NCBI GenBank assembly: GCA_031972855.1
Contig: DALYDY010000001.1
Coordinates: forward strand, 128,048-192,047
From: Minisyncoccota bacterium
Lineage (GTDB): Bacteria > Patescibacteriota > Minisyncoccia > Phycocordibacterales > UBA9973
DNA: 64,000 nucleotides
Direction of reading: 5' to 3'
In this document: positions 55,249 to 64,000 of the stretch, piece after piece
How positions within the stretch are numbered: position 1 is the stretch's first letter
Layout: each line of letters starts with the position of its first letter
Program-made: the position numbers and the translations under genes
Notes under the pieces: model-generated
Database searches by the model: none
Told to the model about the DNA's origin: nothing
What the model saw: only the letters and a program-made list of their open reading frames with translations

Positions 55249-55869
55249 ATGAAAAAATACATTTCAGAACTTATTGGAACTTTTATTTTGTCACTAGTTG
55301 TTGCTTTGGCTGTTGGTGGGGGAGCTTTCTCTATATCAATACCAGTCTTAGCAGCTATAATCATCGGAATATTTTTCTATACAATTGGTGGAATATCTGG
55401 AGCACATTTAAATCCTGCTGTAACAATAGCAATGATTGCAACAAAAGAAATAGAAGGTAAACAAGGAATTGCTTATTTAGCATCTCAATTTATTGGTGGA
55501 GCTTTTGCTCTTGTTGTTGCAGGAATGTTTAATTTAAGTTCAAATCTTCCTTCCACTTCTGTGTCTATGGGTTCTGGGATAGCTGAAGCTGTTGGTGCAT
55601 TTGTTTTTGCTTTTGGTGTAGGGGCTGTTTACTATAAGAAAGTAAATTCTACAATCTCAGGAATTGTTGTTGGTATGTCATTTATTATTGGTGTTTCAAT
55701 TGCTGGTCTTCTTGGTTCTTATGGCTTCATTAATCCAAGTATCTCACTTGCTTCTGGGGTTTTTGATATGTTCTATCTACTCGGACCTATTATAGGTTTT
55801 ACTATTGGTTTTATGTTTTATAAATGGCTTATAGATTCACCTAGTATTCAAGTACAAGTAGTTGAATAA
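55249..55869 (+). CDS. MIP-family (aquaporin-like) channel, short form
   Basis: First NPA box (GAHLNPAVT) and an NPS variant second box (GFINPSISL); 6 TM; 206 aa. Confidence 0.55.
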   Translation: MKKYISELIGTFILSLVVALAVGGGAFSISIPVLAAIIIGIFFYTIGGISGAHLNPAVTIAMIATKEIEGKQGIAYLASQFIGGAFALVVAGMFNLSSNLPSTSVSMGSGIAEAVGAFVFAFGVGAVYYKKVNSTISGIVVGMSFIIGVSIAGLLGSYGFINPSISLASGVFDMFYLLGPIIGFTIGFMFYKWLIDSPSIQVQVVE

Positions 55870-55933
55870 TAAAAACAAAACCCTTAGTATAGGGTTTTGT
55901 TTTTATTTAAATAATGATACATACTGTAGGAAT

Positions 55934-56779
55934 ATGAGCATCACACTAAAAAGAGTAATAAAAATAAGTCGACCTAGATTTTGGTTGTATGAACTCGGGA
56001 CATTTTTTGTGGGAGTTATTGCTGGAGGATTTTTTGGTGTTTCTATTATAAGTCTTATTGTGTGGGGGCTTTATTTTTTAATTTCAGCAAATATTTTAAT
56101 TTATGGAATAAATGATATATATGATTATGATACGGATAAATTAAATCCAAAAAAACAAAACTATGAAGATTTATTAAATCCAACAGATCACAAAAAAATA
56201 TATTTTTGGATTTTGATAACAAATATACCTTTTGCTTTTTTTGTTTTTAATTTATCAAAGGCTACAATAATTTCTCTATTTTTCTTTGTGTTTTTTGCTA
56301 CTTTTTATTCTGCAAAACCTATTCGAGCAAAAGCTCGTCCTTTCCTAGATTCATTTTTTTCTGCGGGTCACTATGTAGCAACAGGTGTGTTTGGATATTT
56401 TCTAACAAATCCTGAGTATGCGTTTCCTTTGTGGGGAATTGTAGCTGGGATGTCTTGGGCTATTTCTATGCACGCATACTCTGCTGTTCCTGATATTGAA
56501 TCTGATGCAAATGGAGGCTTGCAAACAATTGCGACCTATTTAGGTAAAAATAAAACAATATTGCTGTGTTCTTTTTTGTACACAGTCTCAGCAATTATTG
56601 GGTCTATATTGGTAGGGTGGTGGATTTCAATTTTACTTATTCCGTATTTGGTTATAATGTATAAATCTTATTTTGCTGATGAAATTTTTCTTTTTAAACT
56701 TTATAAATATTTTCCAATATTAAACGCATTCTCTGGAATGGTTATCTTTTGGAGTTTGTTATTAAAAATAATTTTATAA
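55934..56779 (+). CDS. UbiA-family prenyltransferase (possibly carotenoid-related, e.g. lycopene-elongase-like)
   Basis: Asp-rich motifs NDIYDYDTD and DIESD in a 9-TM protein; convergent with crtI and sharing its terminator. Start moved to ATG 55934 (MSITLKRV...), which has an RBS-like agga upstream. Confidence 0.55.
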   Translation: MSITLKRVIKISRPRFWLYELGTFFVGVIAGGFFGVSIISLIVWGLYFLISANILIYGINDIYDYDTDKLNPKKQNYEDLLNPTDHKKIYFWILITNIPFAFFVFNLSKATIISLFFFVFFATFYSAKPIRAKARPFLDSFFSAGHYVATGVFGYFLTNPEYAFPLWGIVAGMSWAISMHAYSAVPDIESDANGGLQTIATYLGKNKTILLCSFLYTVSAIIGSILVGWWISILLIPYLVIMYKSYFADEIFLFKLYKYFPILNAFSGMVIFWSLLLKIIL

Positions 56780-56782
56780 AAT

Positions 56783-56807
56783 AAAAACCTCACATTGTGA
56801 GGTTTTT
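56783..56807. terminator. Bidirectional terminator between the UbiA gene and crtI
   Basis: aaaaacctcacattgtgaggttttt. Confidence 0.75.
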
Positions 56808-56818
56808 ATTTTATTTGT

Positions 56819-58336
56819 CTAAACTTCTTTTAGTGGTTCTGGGTCAGATATTTTTTCAATTCTTTTGTAAACTAGTTCTGCAGAAATGAGACATATAGGA
56901 ACTCCAATTCCAGGGTTTGTTCCTGCTCCAACAAAAAATAGATTTTCAACCTTTTTTGATATATTGTTTGGTCTGAATATTGCTGTCTGTGGAAGAGTGT
57001 GAGCGAGTCCTAAAGCTGTTCCTTTGAATGCATTGTAGTCTTGTATAAAATTATCAACACTGTAAATTTCTTTTGTTATAATTCTTTCTTTGAGATTTGG
57101 TATGTCCAATTCTTTTTCCATTAATGAAAGTATTTTATCAGCGTATAATTCTTTCTCTTCCTCTGTATGAGATAGGCCTGCTGCAATCGGGACCAAGACA
57201 AAAATATTTTCAGTATTATCTGGAGATATACTGTTGTCAGATTTTGATGGGGCACATACATAGAGTGCTGGATATCCTGGCCATGTAGGATGCTTGAATA
57301 TTTGATCAAAATTCTCTTTCCATGTTTTAGGGAAGAAAAGGTTGTGATGTGATAGTGTCGGAACTTTTCCATCTATTCCCAAATACATAATAAATGCACT
57401 TGGAGCAAGAGTCCTTTTGTCCCAATATCTCTGATTGTGTTCTCGATATTCTTCTTGAATAAGAACTTGTTCTGTGTGGTGATAGTCTGCATTTGAAATA
57501 ACCATATCAGCATCAATAACCGATCCATTTTCCAAAGTAACACCTGTAGTTTTTCCATCTACAATATTTATTTTTTTAACAGGTGAATTTATTTTTATTT
57601 CAGTACCATATTTCTCTGATACTGTAACAAGAGCTTTTGTTACTTCATAAAGACCTCCTTTTGGGTACCAAACCCCAAGACCGAAGTCTACATAATTCAT
57701 CAATGTATATATGCCTGGAGTATCATAAGGAGATGTTCCAAGTAGTACTGTCTGATACTGCATGACTTTTTGTAAAAGATCGTTTTTGAATAATTTATTT
57801 ATTATGGTGCTTTGTTTTGAAAAGATAGGAAGCTTTCTTCCTAGAGTCATTACTCTTTTGTTGAAGAAATCAAAAATAGAATCATAGTTTTTGTACATGA
57901 ATTCTTGTTTTGCAACTTCATATTGAAATTTTGTTTGTGACAAAAATTTTTCAAGAACATCTCCACTGCCTTTTTCTAATGATTCAAAAGTTTCTTTGTT
58001 TTTTTCTAGGTCTGCAAAGAAATCAAAAAATCCATCACCTTGCTGGAATACTCTATAAGAAGGGGATAGTAATTGTAGTTCTAAGTGATCATTAATATCC
58101 TCGCCTAATACTTTAAAGAAATCTTCAAAAACATCTGGCATCATATACCAACTTGGACCTTTGTCGAAAATAAACTTTCCTTTATTAGTATCTTTTACGA
58201 TTAGAGAAGCTCTACCTCCTGGCATGTCATTTTTTTCTAAAATCGTAACCTTATATCCTTTTTTTGAAAGTAGACAAGCTGAAGCAAGTCCTCCTATTCC
58301 TGATCCTATAATAATTATGTGTTTTTGTTTATTCAT
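56819..58336 (-). CDS. crtI: Phytoene (or 4,4'-diapophytoene) desaturase, CrtI/CrtN family
   Basis: N-terminal FAD/Rossmann motif IIIGSGIGGLASA...LEKNDMPGGRA; 505 aa amine-oxidase-fold length typical of CrtI. Confidence 0.75.
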   Translation of the reverse strand: MNKQKHIIIIGSGIGGLASACLLSKKGYKVTILEKNDMPGGRASLIVKDTNKGKFIFDKGPSWYMMPDVFEDFFKVLGEDINDHLELQLLSPSYRVFQQGDGFFDFFADLEKNKETFESLEKGSGDVLEKFLSQTKFQYEVAKQEFMYKNYDSIFDFFNKRVMTLGRKLPIFSKQSTIINKLFKNDLLQKVMQYQTVLLGTSPYDTPGIYTLMNYVDFGLGVWYPKGGLYEVTKALVTVSEKYGTEIKINSPVKKINIVDGKTTGVTLENGSVIDADMVISNADYHHTEQVLIQEEYREHNQRYWDKRTLAPSAFIMYLGIDGKVPTLSHHNLFFPKTWKENFDQIFKHPTWPGYPALYVCAPSKSDNSISPDNTENIFVLVPIAAGLSHTEEEKELYADKILSLMEKELDIPNLKERIITKEIYSVDNFIQDYNAFKGTALGLAHTLPQTAIFRPNNISKKVENLFFVGAGTNPGIGVPICLISAELVYKRIEKISDPEPLKEV

Positions 58337-59177
58337 ATTTGTTTAAGATTGTTTTTATAAAAACAATAAATTTTTCTTTTGTATTTAAACTTGTTCTTTT
58401 GCTAATATTGTAATTGCTTTCTTTTATTTTTTTTAACAATCTCGAATATCTATTGTAAGACAAAAGTATTGCGAATCTCGTATATATAGGTAATAGTTTT
58501 ATACCCTCTCTCCCAATAATACCAAGTTCGCGAGTTCTTTTTTCTTGTATATCCATATATTTTATCCAATCTATATTCTTTTCTTGTAACCCTATTTGTC
58601 TTATAAAATCTTTTTGTTTTAAATTACAATTTTCTAACTCGTCTTGAGGTAAGTATATACGAGATCTCTCTTCATAATCATTTCGTGCGTCTCTAATAAA
58701 GTTTACCATTTGGAACATTTCAGCCATTGCTTTTGCGTGAGGTTTCCAATCTCCCTGTGCTTTTGTTATATATCCCATAACATATCCTATTATTACAGCC
58801 GATCCATACATGTATTCCTCCAATTCTCTATAAGTATTATATATATACTTACTTGTATCTTTTTCCATTGATTGAAAAAAAGCGTCAAAAATTTCTTCCT
58901 CTATAGCAATTTCTTTTTGTAAAATCCTCGTACTTTCTTGAACTATATTTTGATTGTAATTATTTTTCCAAGCATTACGCCATTTATTTAGAGCAATTTT
59001 TGCTTCTTCGTCTTTAAAATCGGTATCTACAATTTCATCAACAATTCTTACGAATGCATAAAATATCCAAGTCTGATACCTTTGTCTTTTTGGAAAGAAT
59101 AAAGTAGCAACATAAAATGTGTTGCTGTATTTTTTAATAATATTCTTTGAGTTTTTAATTTGTTCCTTTGTGTACAT
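58329..59177 (-). CDS. crtB: Phytoene/squalene synthase family enzyme (CrtB/CrtM-like)
   Basis: YSNTFYVATLFFP...FYAFVRIVDEIVD (first Asp-rich motif) and YGSAVIIGYVMG; 282 aa. Confidence 0.75.
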   Translation of the reverse strand: MYTKEQIKNSKNIIKKYSNTFYVATLFFPKRQRYQTWIFYAFVRIVDEIVDTDFKDEEAKIALNKWRNAWKNNYNQNIVQESTRILQKEIAIEEEIFDAFFQSMEKDTSKYIYNTYRELEEYMYGSAVIIGYVMGYITKAQGDWKPHAKAMAEMFQMVNFIRDARNDYEERSRIYLPQDELENCNLKQKDFIRQIGLQEKNIDWIKYMDIQEKRTRELGIIGREGIKLLPIYTRFAILLSYNRYSRLLKKIKESNYNISKRTSLNTKEKFIVFIKTILNKYE

Positions 59178-60187
59178 TATGATGTTCTTTTTTCTATCAA
59201 CAAAATTAAATCTAAAAGAATTTTTTTTGTATTATCTTTTATATCTTCATTTTCAATATTTATCTTTGCTTTTTTTAATTTTTCAAATACTTCATTTCTC
59301 AACTCACCAACCAATCCACTTGTTCTTATTCTTTGTTTAAATTCATTTGTAATAAGATTTCTATTCTTTGATCCAAATATTTTATTAAATTCTTTTGTTA
59401 ATAATAAATCATTTTGATTTTTTATCTTTGCATTAATAAGTGTTGGTTGTCCTTCTACTATATCTGTAAATCCGTGCTTACCCAAATCTTCATCTTCACT
59501 CATTATATCAATCAAATCGTCGGTTATTTGGAAACATGTTCCAAGATTGTCTCCATAAACATAAACCCAGTCACTAGGTTTTTTGTCTGACAGTATTACA
59601 CCAAGTTCAAGTGGGCGAGTGCATGTATATCGAGCTGTTTTTAAAAGCATGCATTCTAAAATATTTTTTTCCAATGGGTCTTTTTGATTTCTATTATCCA
59701 AGTCAATCATTTGTCCAATAACAACTTCGTTGATTAATTTTTTCCAAATATTCAAACTCTCTTTTGGTTGTGGAAAAGAAAAGAAGGAATTATATGCCCA
59801 ATTAAAAAGAAGGTCAGCAATAAGTATTGCTTGATGTTCGTTTATAGGTTCTTTATATATTTTTTTTGAGAATGTGTGTATAGCTTCTGTTCCATGCCTT
59901 AAATCTTGTTCATCCATAATATCATCCTCTACTAGAGCCATAAGATGTATAAGTTCTATAGCTATTAGAACATCTTTTATATCTTTCCAAGACTCTTTAT
60001 TTTCTTGGTAGCCTACAGCTATTATAAAAGGACGAATCCTTTTACCTTTTGCGGCAAGAATTATTATATGATCAAATATGTCTTTTAATCTTTCATTTGT
60101 TGTAATTTCTTTACTTTCTTCTATATATTTATTAAGTGATTCTAGTAATAACAGATCAAATTCTTTTTTAAATTCTGAGAGGTTCAT
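59177..60187 (-). CDS. Polyprenyl synthetase (GGPP/FPP synthase, CrtE/IdsA-like)
   Basis: [12 protein letters not shown] and SARM ITDDLID Asp-rich motifs; 336 aa; stop overlaps the crtB start. Confidence 0.7.
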   Translation of the reverse strand: MNLSEFKKEFDLLLLESLNKYIEESKEITTNERLKDIFDHIIILAAKGKRIRPFIIAVGYQENKESWKDIKDVLIAIELIHLMALVEDDIMDEQDLRHGTEAIHTFSKKIYKEPINEHQAILIADLLFNWAYNSFFSFPQPKESLNIWKKLINEVVIGQMIDLDNRNQKDPLEKNILECMLLKTARYTCTRPLELGVILSDKKPSDWVYVYGDNLGTCFQITDDLIDIMSEDEDLGKHGFTDIVEGQPTLINAKIKNQNDLLLTKEFNKIFGSKNRNLITNEFKQRIRTSGLVGELRNEVFEKLKKAKINIENEDIKDNTKKILLDLILLIEKRTS

Positions 60188-60279
60188 ATTTTAAAAACAT
60201 TGTAAATGTTTTTTTTGATTATTATATTAATACAATTTACCATTTTGCAATTATACTTTTTTTTTATAGAATACTCTAT

Positions 60280-60831
60280 ATGAACAATAATAACGACGAC
60301 AAACAAGCAATTTGGTGGATTATAGGAGTTCTTATTGTTGCTGGTATTGGTTCTTATTTTTTAATAAATAAAACAGTAAATACAACAGAAAAGATTCCAG
60401 CAAAAATAAATATTGCAAATCCAGATGAATTGCCAAAAGAAACGGTTCCAGGAAAAGATGATAAATTAATAGATAATAAAAATAATATGGATAATACTAT
60501 AACAACAAAAGATGGAATGAAAATAACTACTTTAAAACAAGGTAGTGGGGAAGTAGCAGAAAACGGTAAAGAAGTTACTGTACACTACACAGGTACATTT
60601 ACTGATGGTAAAAAATTTGATTCAAGTGTTGATCGTGGTGAACCTTTTAAATTTGTTCTTGGTGCGGGAAGAGTTATTAAAGGTTGGGATGAAGGTGTTC
60701 TCGGTATGAAAGTTGGAGAAAAAAGAAGTCTAGTTATTCCTCCAGCTCTTGGTTATGGAATGAATGATTATGGTCCTATACCTGGAGGGTCAACACTTTT
60801 GTTTGATGTTGAACTTCTCGGAGTTAAATAA
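60280..60831 (+). CDS. FKBP-type peptidyl-prolyl cis-trans isomerase, membrane-anchored
   Basis: N-terminal TM helix; FKBP domain [18 protein letters not shown]...[27 protein letters not shown]. Confidence 0.8.
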   Translation: MNNNNDDKQAIWWIIGVLIVAGIGSYFLINKTVNTTEKIPAKINIANPDELPKETVPGKDDKLIDNKNNMDNTITTKDGMKITTLKQGSGEVAENGKEVTVHYTGTFTDGKKFDSSVDRGEPFKFVLGAGRVIKGWDEGVLGMKVGEKRSLVIPPALGYGMNDYGPIPGGSTLLFDVELLGVK

Positions 60832-60914
60832 ATTTTTCTTAAGTATTAAATAAAAAAACTTATTTTTAAATAAGTTTTTTTATTTTTAATTGAAAATTAT
60901 GGTATAATGACCAT

Positions 60915-62447
60915 ATGAATTCAAATATAATGGATAAAATTAAATATGGACTTAAGGGTTTTTTTAGTAAAAAAAGATACTGGATGGGGTTTATCTTAAT
61001 TGTTTTAATATCTTTACCTTTTATTTTAAAAGATAAAACAGCTGGAATAATAACATCTGTTGTTGAAAATAAAACATTAACTCAGACAGTTCTTGCTACT
61101 GGACAAGTGACAAGTATTACAGATCTGTCATTATCATTCACTTCTTCTGGTGTTATAAAAAACATTCCAGTTGTAGTTGGCCAAAAAGTTAAAAAAGGTC
61201 AAATACTTGCAAGTATAGAGCAAGGTAATGAACTTGCTGTGCTAACACAAGCTCGTGGCCAACTTCTTGCAGCAAAAGCAAGATATCAAAAAATTATTGA
61301 AGGTGCAACAAACGAAGAAGTTGCTTTAGCACAAACAGCCTTAAATAATGCAAAATCAGATTTAGAAAAAACAAAATTAACCCAAACAACTTTGGTTGAG
61401 AATGCTAGAAGAACTCTCCTTAGTACTGGTCTAGAAGCAGTTTCTTCTTCATCAACAACACCTCCTACAATTTCTGGTACTTATAATGGAGAAGAAGGTT
61501 TTTATAAAATAAATACTTTTTCTACTGGTGCTGGTGGGTATTTTTCAGTTACCGGACTTGAAAATTCAACAGGAGTTATTAGTACAAATAATCCTGTAGC
61601 TATTGGTGAAAGGGGGCTTTTTATTCAATTTCCATCAAACTTTAATTCAGGATCTCAAACATCTTGGACTATAGATATTCCAAATAAAAAATCATCAAGT
61701 TATATAACTTCTTTAAATTTATATAATTCTGCAATTGAAACACAAAAAAGCCAAATCTCTAGTGCTGAATCTCTGGTGGCTACAAGACAAGCTGAATTTA
61801 ATATAAAAGTTGCAAAAGCTCGTGATGCAGATATAAATTTAGCTCAAGCAGATGTTTTATCTGCTGAAGGGAGTTTACAAAATGCTCAAGCAAATTTTGA
61901 AAAAACAGTAATTAGAGCCCCAGGAGATGGAACTATTACAAGAGTTGTAAACAAAGTTGGAGAACTCGCACAAGCTCTAAAAGAAGCTATAGTACTTCAA
62001 GATGTTGATAATTTATATATTAAAGCAAATATAAATGAGTCAAATATAACAAATATTGTTATTGGTCAAAAAGTATCTATTACATTCGACGCTTTCCCAG
62101 GTAACTACACTGGTGAAGTCGTACATATTGACCCTTCAGCAAAAGTAGAAGATGGTATTGTTAATTATGAAATTAAAATCTCAATAAATGAGAAAGATAT
62201 GTTTATTCGTCCAGGGATGAATGCTGATATAAAAATAGAGGCAAACGAGAAACCAAATACAATAGTTGCTCCAAAAGCCTCTATCAAAAAAGATGAACAA
62301 GGTTCTTATGTTGAAGTTGTTACAAATACAAAAAACAAAAAATCTGAAAGAAGAAATGTTACAACAGGAGTAACAGGGGATGGAGCTCTTGTGGAAATTA
62401 TTTCTGGTCTATCTGTCGGAGAAGAAATAATTGTATCTAGAAGTTAA
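60915..62447 (+). CDS. Efflux periplasmic adaptor (HlyD/MacA-family membrane fusion protein)
   Basis: N-terminal TM anchor, biotin-lipoyl-like and coiled-coil regions, beta-barrel C-terminus; followed by ABC permease and ATPase genes. Confidence 0.65.
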   Translation: MNSNIMDKIKYGLKGFFSKKRYWMGFILIVLISLPFILKDKTAGIITSVVENKTLTQTVLATGQVTSITDLSLSFTSSGVIKNIPVVVGQKVKKGQILASIEQGNELAVLTQARGQLLAAKARYQKIIEGATNEEVALAQTALNNAKSDLEKTKLTQTTLVENARRTLLSTGLEAVSSSSTTPPTISGTYNGEEGFYKINTFSTGAGGYFSVTGLENSTGVISTNNPVAIGERGLFIQFPSNFNSGSQTSWTIDIPNKKSSSYITSLNLYNSAIETQKSQISSAESLVATRQAEFNIKVAKARDADINLAQADVLSAEGSLQNAQANFEKTVIRAPGDGTITRVVNKVGELAQALKEAIVLQDVDNLYIKANINESNITNIVIGQKVSITFDAFPGNYTGEVVHIDPSAKVEDGIVNYEIKISINEKDMFIRPGMNADIKIEANEKPNTIVAPKASIKKDEQGSYVEVVTNTKNKKSERRNVTTGVTGDGALVEIISGLSVGEEIIVSRS

Positions 62448-63727
62448 TGATTAATAATCTACAAAAAATAGAAAAATCTTTTAAGCAAAATGCTAAAGTT
62501 GGCTGGTTTTTGGCTAAGCGTGATATTAAACGTGCAAATATTTGGACAACAGGACTTATAGTTCTTGTGATGACTCTTACTTTTTTAAATCTAATTGTTG
62601 TTTCCGGAATACTCGTTGGACTTATTCAAGGTTCAGAAGATTCTCAAAAGAAATATGGAATTGGTGATGTTATAATTTCTCCTTTTTTGAATAGAAGTGC
62701 TATAGATCAAACACCTCAAATAATTGATATTGTAAAAAACATTCCAGGATACAAGAATCATACAGTCAGATATTCTGGTTCTGCTCGTATAGAATCAAAT
62801 TATCGCGACACAATAAAGCCTGGTAATAAACGTGACGGTGCAGGAGGTTCGCTTCTCGGTATTGATCCAATAGTAGAAGAAAAATTTTCTGGAATATCAA
62901 AATTTGTTATTAGAGGTTCATATTTAGAAACTCAAGATAGTGATAGTGTTCTACTTGGTAAAAATCTTTTGTATGAGTTCACACCTATTGAGGCTCCAGG
63001 TTTTCAAACTCTAAAAGATGTTTCTATAGGTTCTCGTGTAAAAATTACAGTAGGAAATACTTCTCGTGAATATTTTGTAAAAGGTATTTTGGGTAGTAAG
63101 GTTGATGAATTTGATACCTCTATTGTGATGGTTGATAGTGAAGTTAGAAAGCTTACAGGTAGAACTGATTTGAATGCTGGTTCTATTCCTATTCAAATTT
63201 TATCAGGTACAGACCCTGTTGCTGTAAAAAATTTCTTACTTGATTCTGGGGTAGGAGAATATGCTCGTGTTCAAACAGCAGAAGAAGCTTTCCCAAAATT
63301 CTTAAAAGATATAAAAAACACTTTTGCACTCCTTGGCTCTATGATTTCAGCTATTGGTCTTGTTGTTGCTTCGATTACTATATTTATTGTTATTTTCGTT
63401 AACGCTATAACTCGTAGAAGATTTATTGGTATTTTGAAGGGTATTGGTATAAACAAAAGAGCTATTTTATATTCATATATATATCAAGCTTGTATATATG
63501 CATTGTTTGGAATTATTATCGGAATGATTTTAATATTCTTTTTGATAAAACCTTATTTTGCTGCTAATCCGATTAACTTTCCTTTTTCTGATGGAATATT
63601 AGTTGCAACATTATCAGGGACTTTGATTAGAGCAGGTATTTTGATGGTAACAACACTCATTGCTGGATTTATACCTGCTCGAATGGTTATTAAACAAAAT
63701 ACACTCAGTGCAATTCTTGGTCGCTAG
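62447..63727 (+). CDS. ABC transporter permease (FtsX/MacB-like)
   Basis: N-terminal TM, large periplasmic domain, C-terminal FtsX-type 3-TM bundle; 426 aa. Confidence 0.65.
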   Translation: MINNLQKIEKSFKQNAKVGWFLAKRDIKRANIWTTGLIVLVMTLTFLNLIVVSGILVGLIQGSEDSQKKYGIGDVIISPFLNRSAIDQTPQIIDIVKNIPGYKNHTVRYSGSARIESNYRDTIKPGNKRDGAGGSLLGIDPIVEEKFSGISKFVIRGSYLETQDSDSVLLGKNLLYEFTPIEAPGFQTLKDVSIGSRVKITVGNTSREYFVKGILGSKVDEFDTSIVMVDSEVRKLTGRTDLNAGSIPIQILSGTDPVAVKNFLLDSGVGEYARVQTAEEAFPKFLKDIKNTFALLGSMISAIGLVVASITIFIVIFVNAITRRRFIGILKGIGINKRAILYSYIYQACIYALFGIIIGMILIFFLIKPYFAANPINFPFSDGILVATLSGTLIRAGILMVTTLIAGFIPARMVIKQNTLSAILGR

Positions 63728-63745
63728 TTATATAAATTATAAAAT

Positions 63746-64000
63746 TATGCTTACTATAAAAAATCTTACAAAAAAATTTAAAAGTGGAGACCAAGAGACG
63801 ATCGCCGTCAACGATCTTTCTTTTGATATTATAGAAGGGCAATTTGTTACCATTACAGGTAAATCAGGTTCTGGAAAATCTACTTTAATGTATCAGATAG
63901 GGCTTTTAGATATGCCTACAAGTGGACAAGTTATAATGGATGGAAAAGATCTTATTAATCTTGATGAAGAAGGAAGAACAATAATACGCCTAAATGACTT
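63746..64000 (+). CDS. ABC transporter ATP-binding protein (MacB/LolD-like), 3'-partial at the window end
   Basis: MLTIKNLTKKFKSGDQETIAVNDLSFDIIEGQFVTITGKSGSGKSTLMY... Walker A; runs off the end of the window. Confidence 0.75.

Noticed and set aside
1-64000. Alternative genetic code (UGA recoding, as in some CPR lineages)
   Set aside because: Long genes (polA 793 aa, pilB 564 aa, tyrS, the RT and others) are intact under the standard code with motifs in frame, so there is no need to invoke code 25.
1-64000. rRNA genes
   Set aside because: No stretch resembles 16S/23S/5S conserved cores; the GC-rich non-coding stretches are accounted for by tRNAs, their fragments and the island.

Overview
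This is a 64-kb, AT-rich chromosomal segment from a small-genome bacterium with tightly packed genes. Several features are consistent with a Patescibacteria/CPR-like organism, though this cannot be proven from the sequence: a PilM-PilN fusion, tRNA genes without encoded CCA, many short membrane and hypothetical ORFs, and a short polA. The standard genetic code fits the long ORFs.

The backbone carries housekeeping genes: a PBP1A fragment, tyrS, ruvC, ruvB, pilB, tsaE, polA, a dsbA/dsbB-like pair, mutM, ruvA, rpsT, a sigma-70 gene, an L,D-transpeptidase, ruvX, a CsaA-like tRNA-binding protein, pilM/N/O-like genes, an rluA-family gene, rplS, NUDIX, VKOR and a PduO adenosyltransferase. Further downstream are a carotenoid-type isoprenoid cluster (GGPP synthase, phytoene synthase, phytoene desaturase, a UbiA prenyltransferase) and a MacAB-like efflux module. 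I recognise eight tRNA genes (Lys-TTT, Arg-GCG, Ser-TGA, Arg-TCT, Val-TAC, Leu-GAG, His-GTG) and no rRNA or CRISPR.

The main find is a ~13-kb GC-richer insertion abutting tRNA-His (about 35.7-48.98 kb). It encodes:
- a large serine recombinase;
- an operon of AAA+ ATPase, Zn-ribbon protein, Pif1-family helicase, a cyclodipeptide-synthase (CDPS)-like domain fused to a family-3 solute-binding-protein domain, and a small membrane protein;
- a complete diversity-generating retroelement (DGR): a target gene with a variable repeat, a template repeat differing from it only at adenines (19/19 mismatches), an antisense avd, and a reverse transcriptase.

Other oddities are a family of tRNA-3'-end-derived inverted or direct fragments with covarying hairpin insertions beside several tRNAs, a sigma-70 gene split at a T7 run, and a duplicated promoter/5'UTR module.
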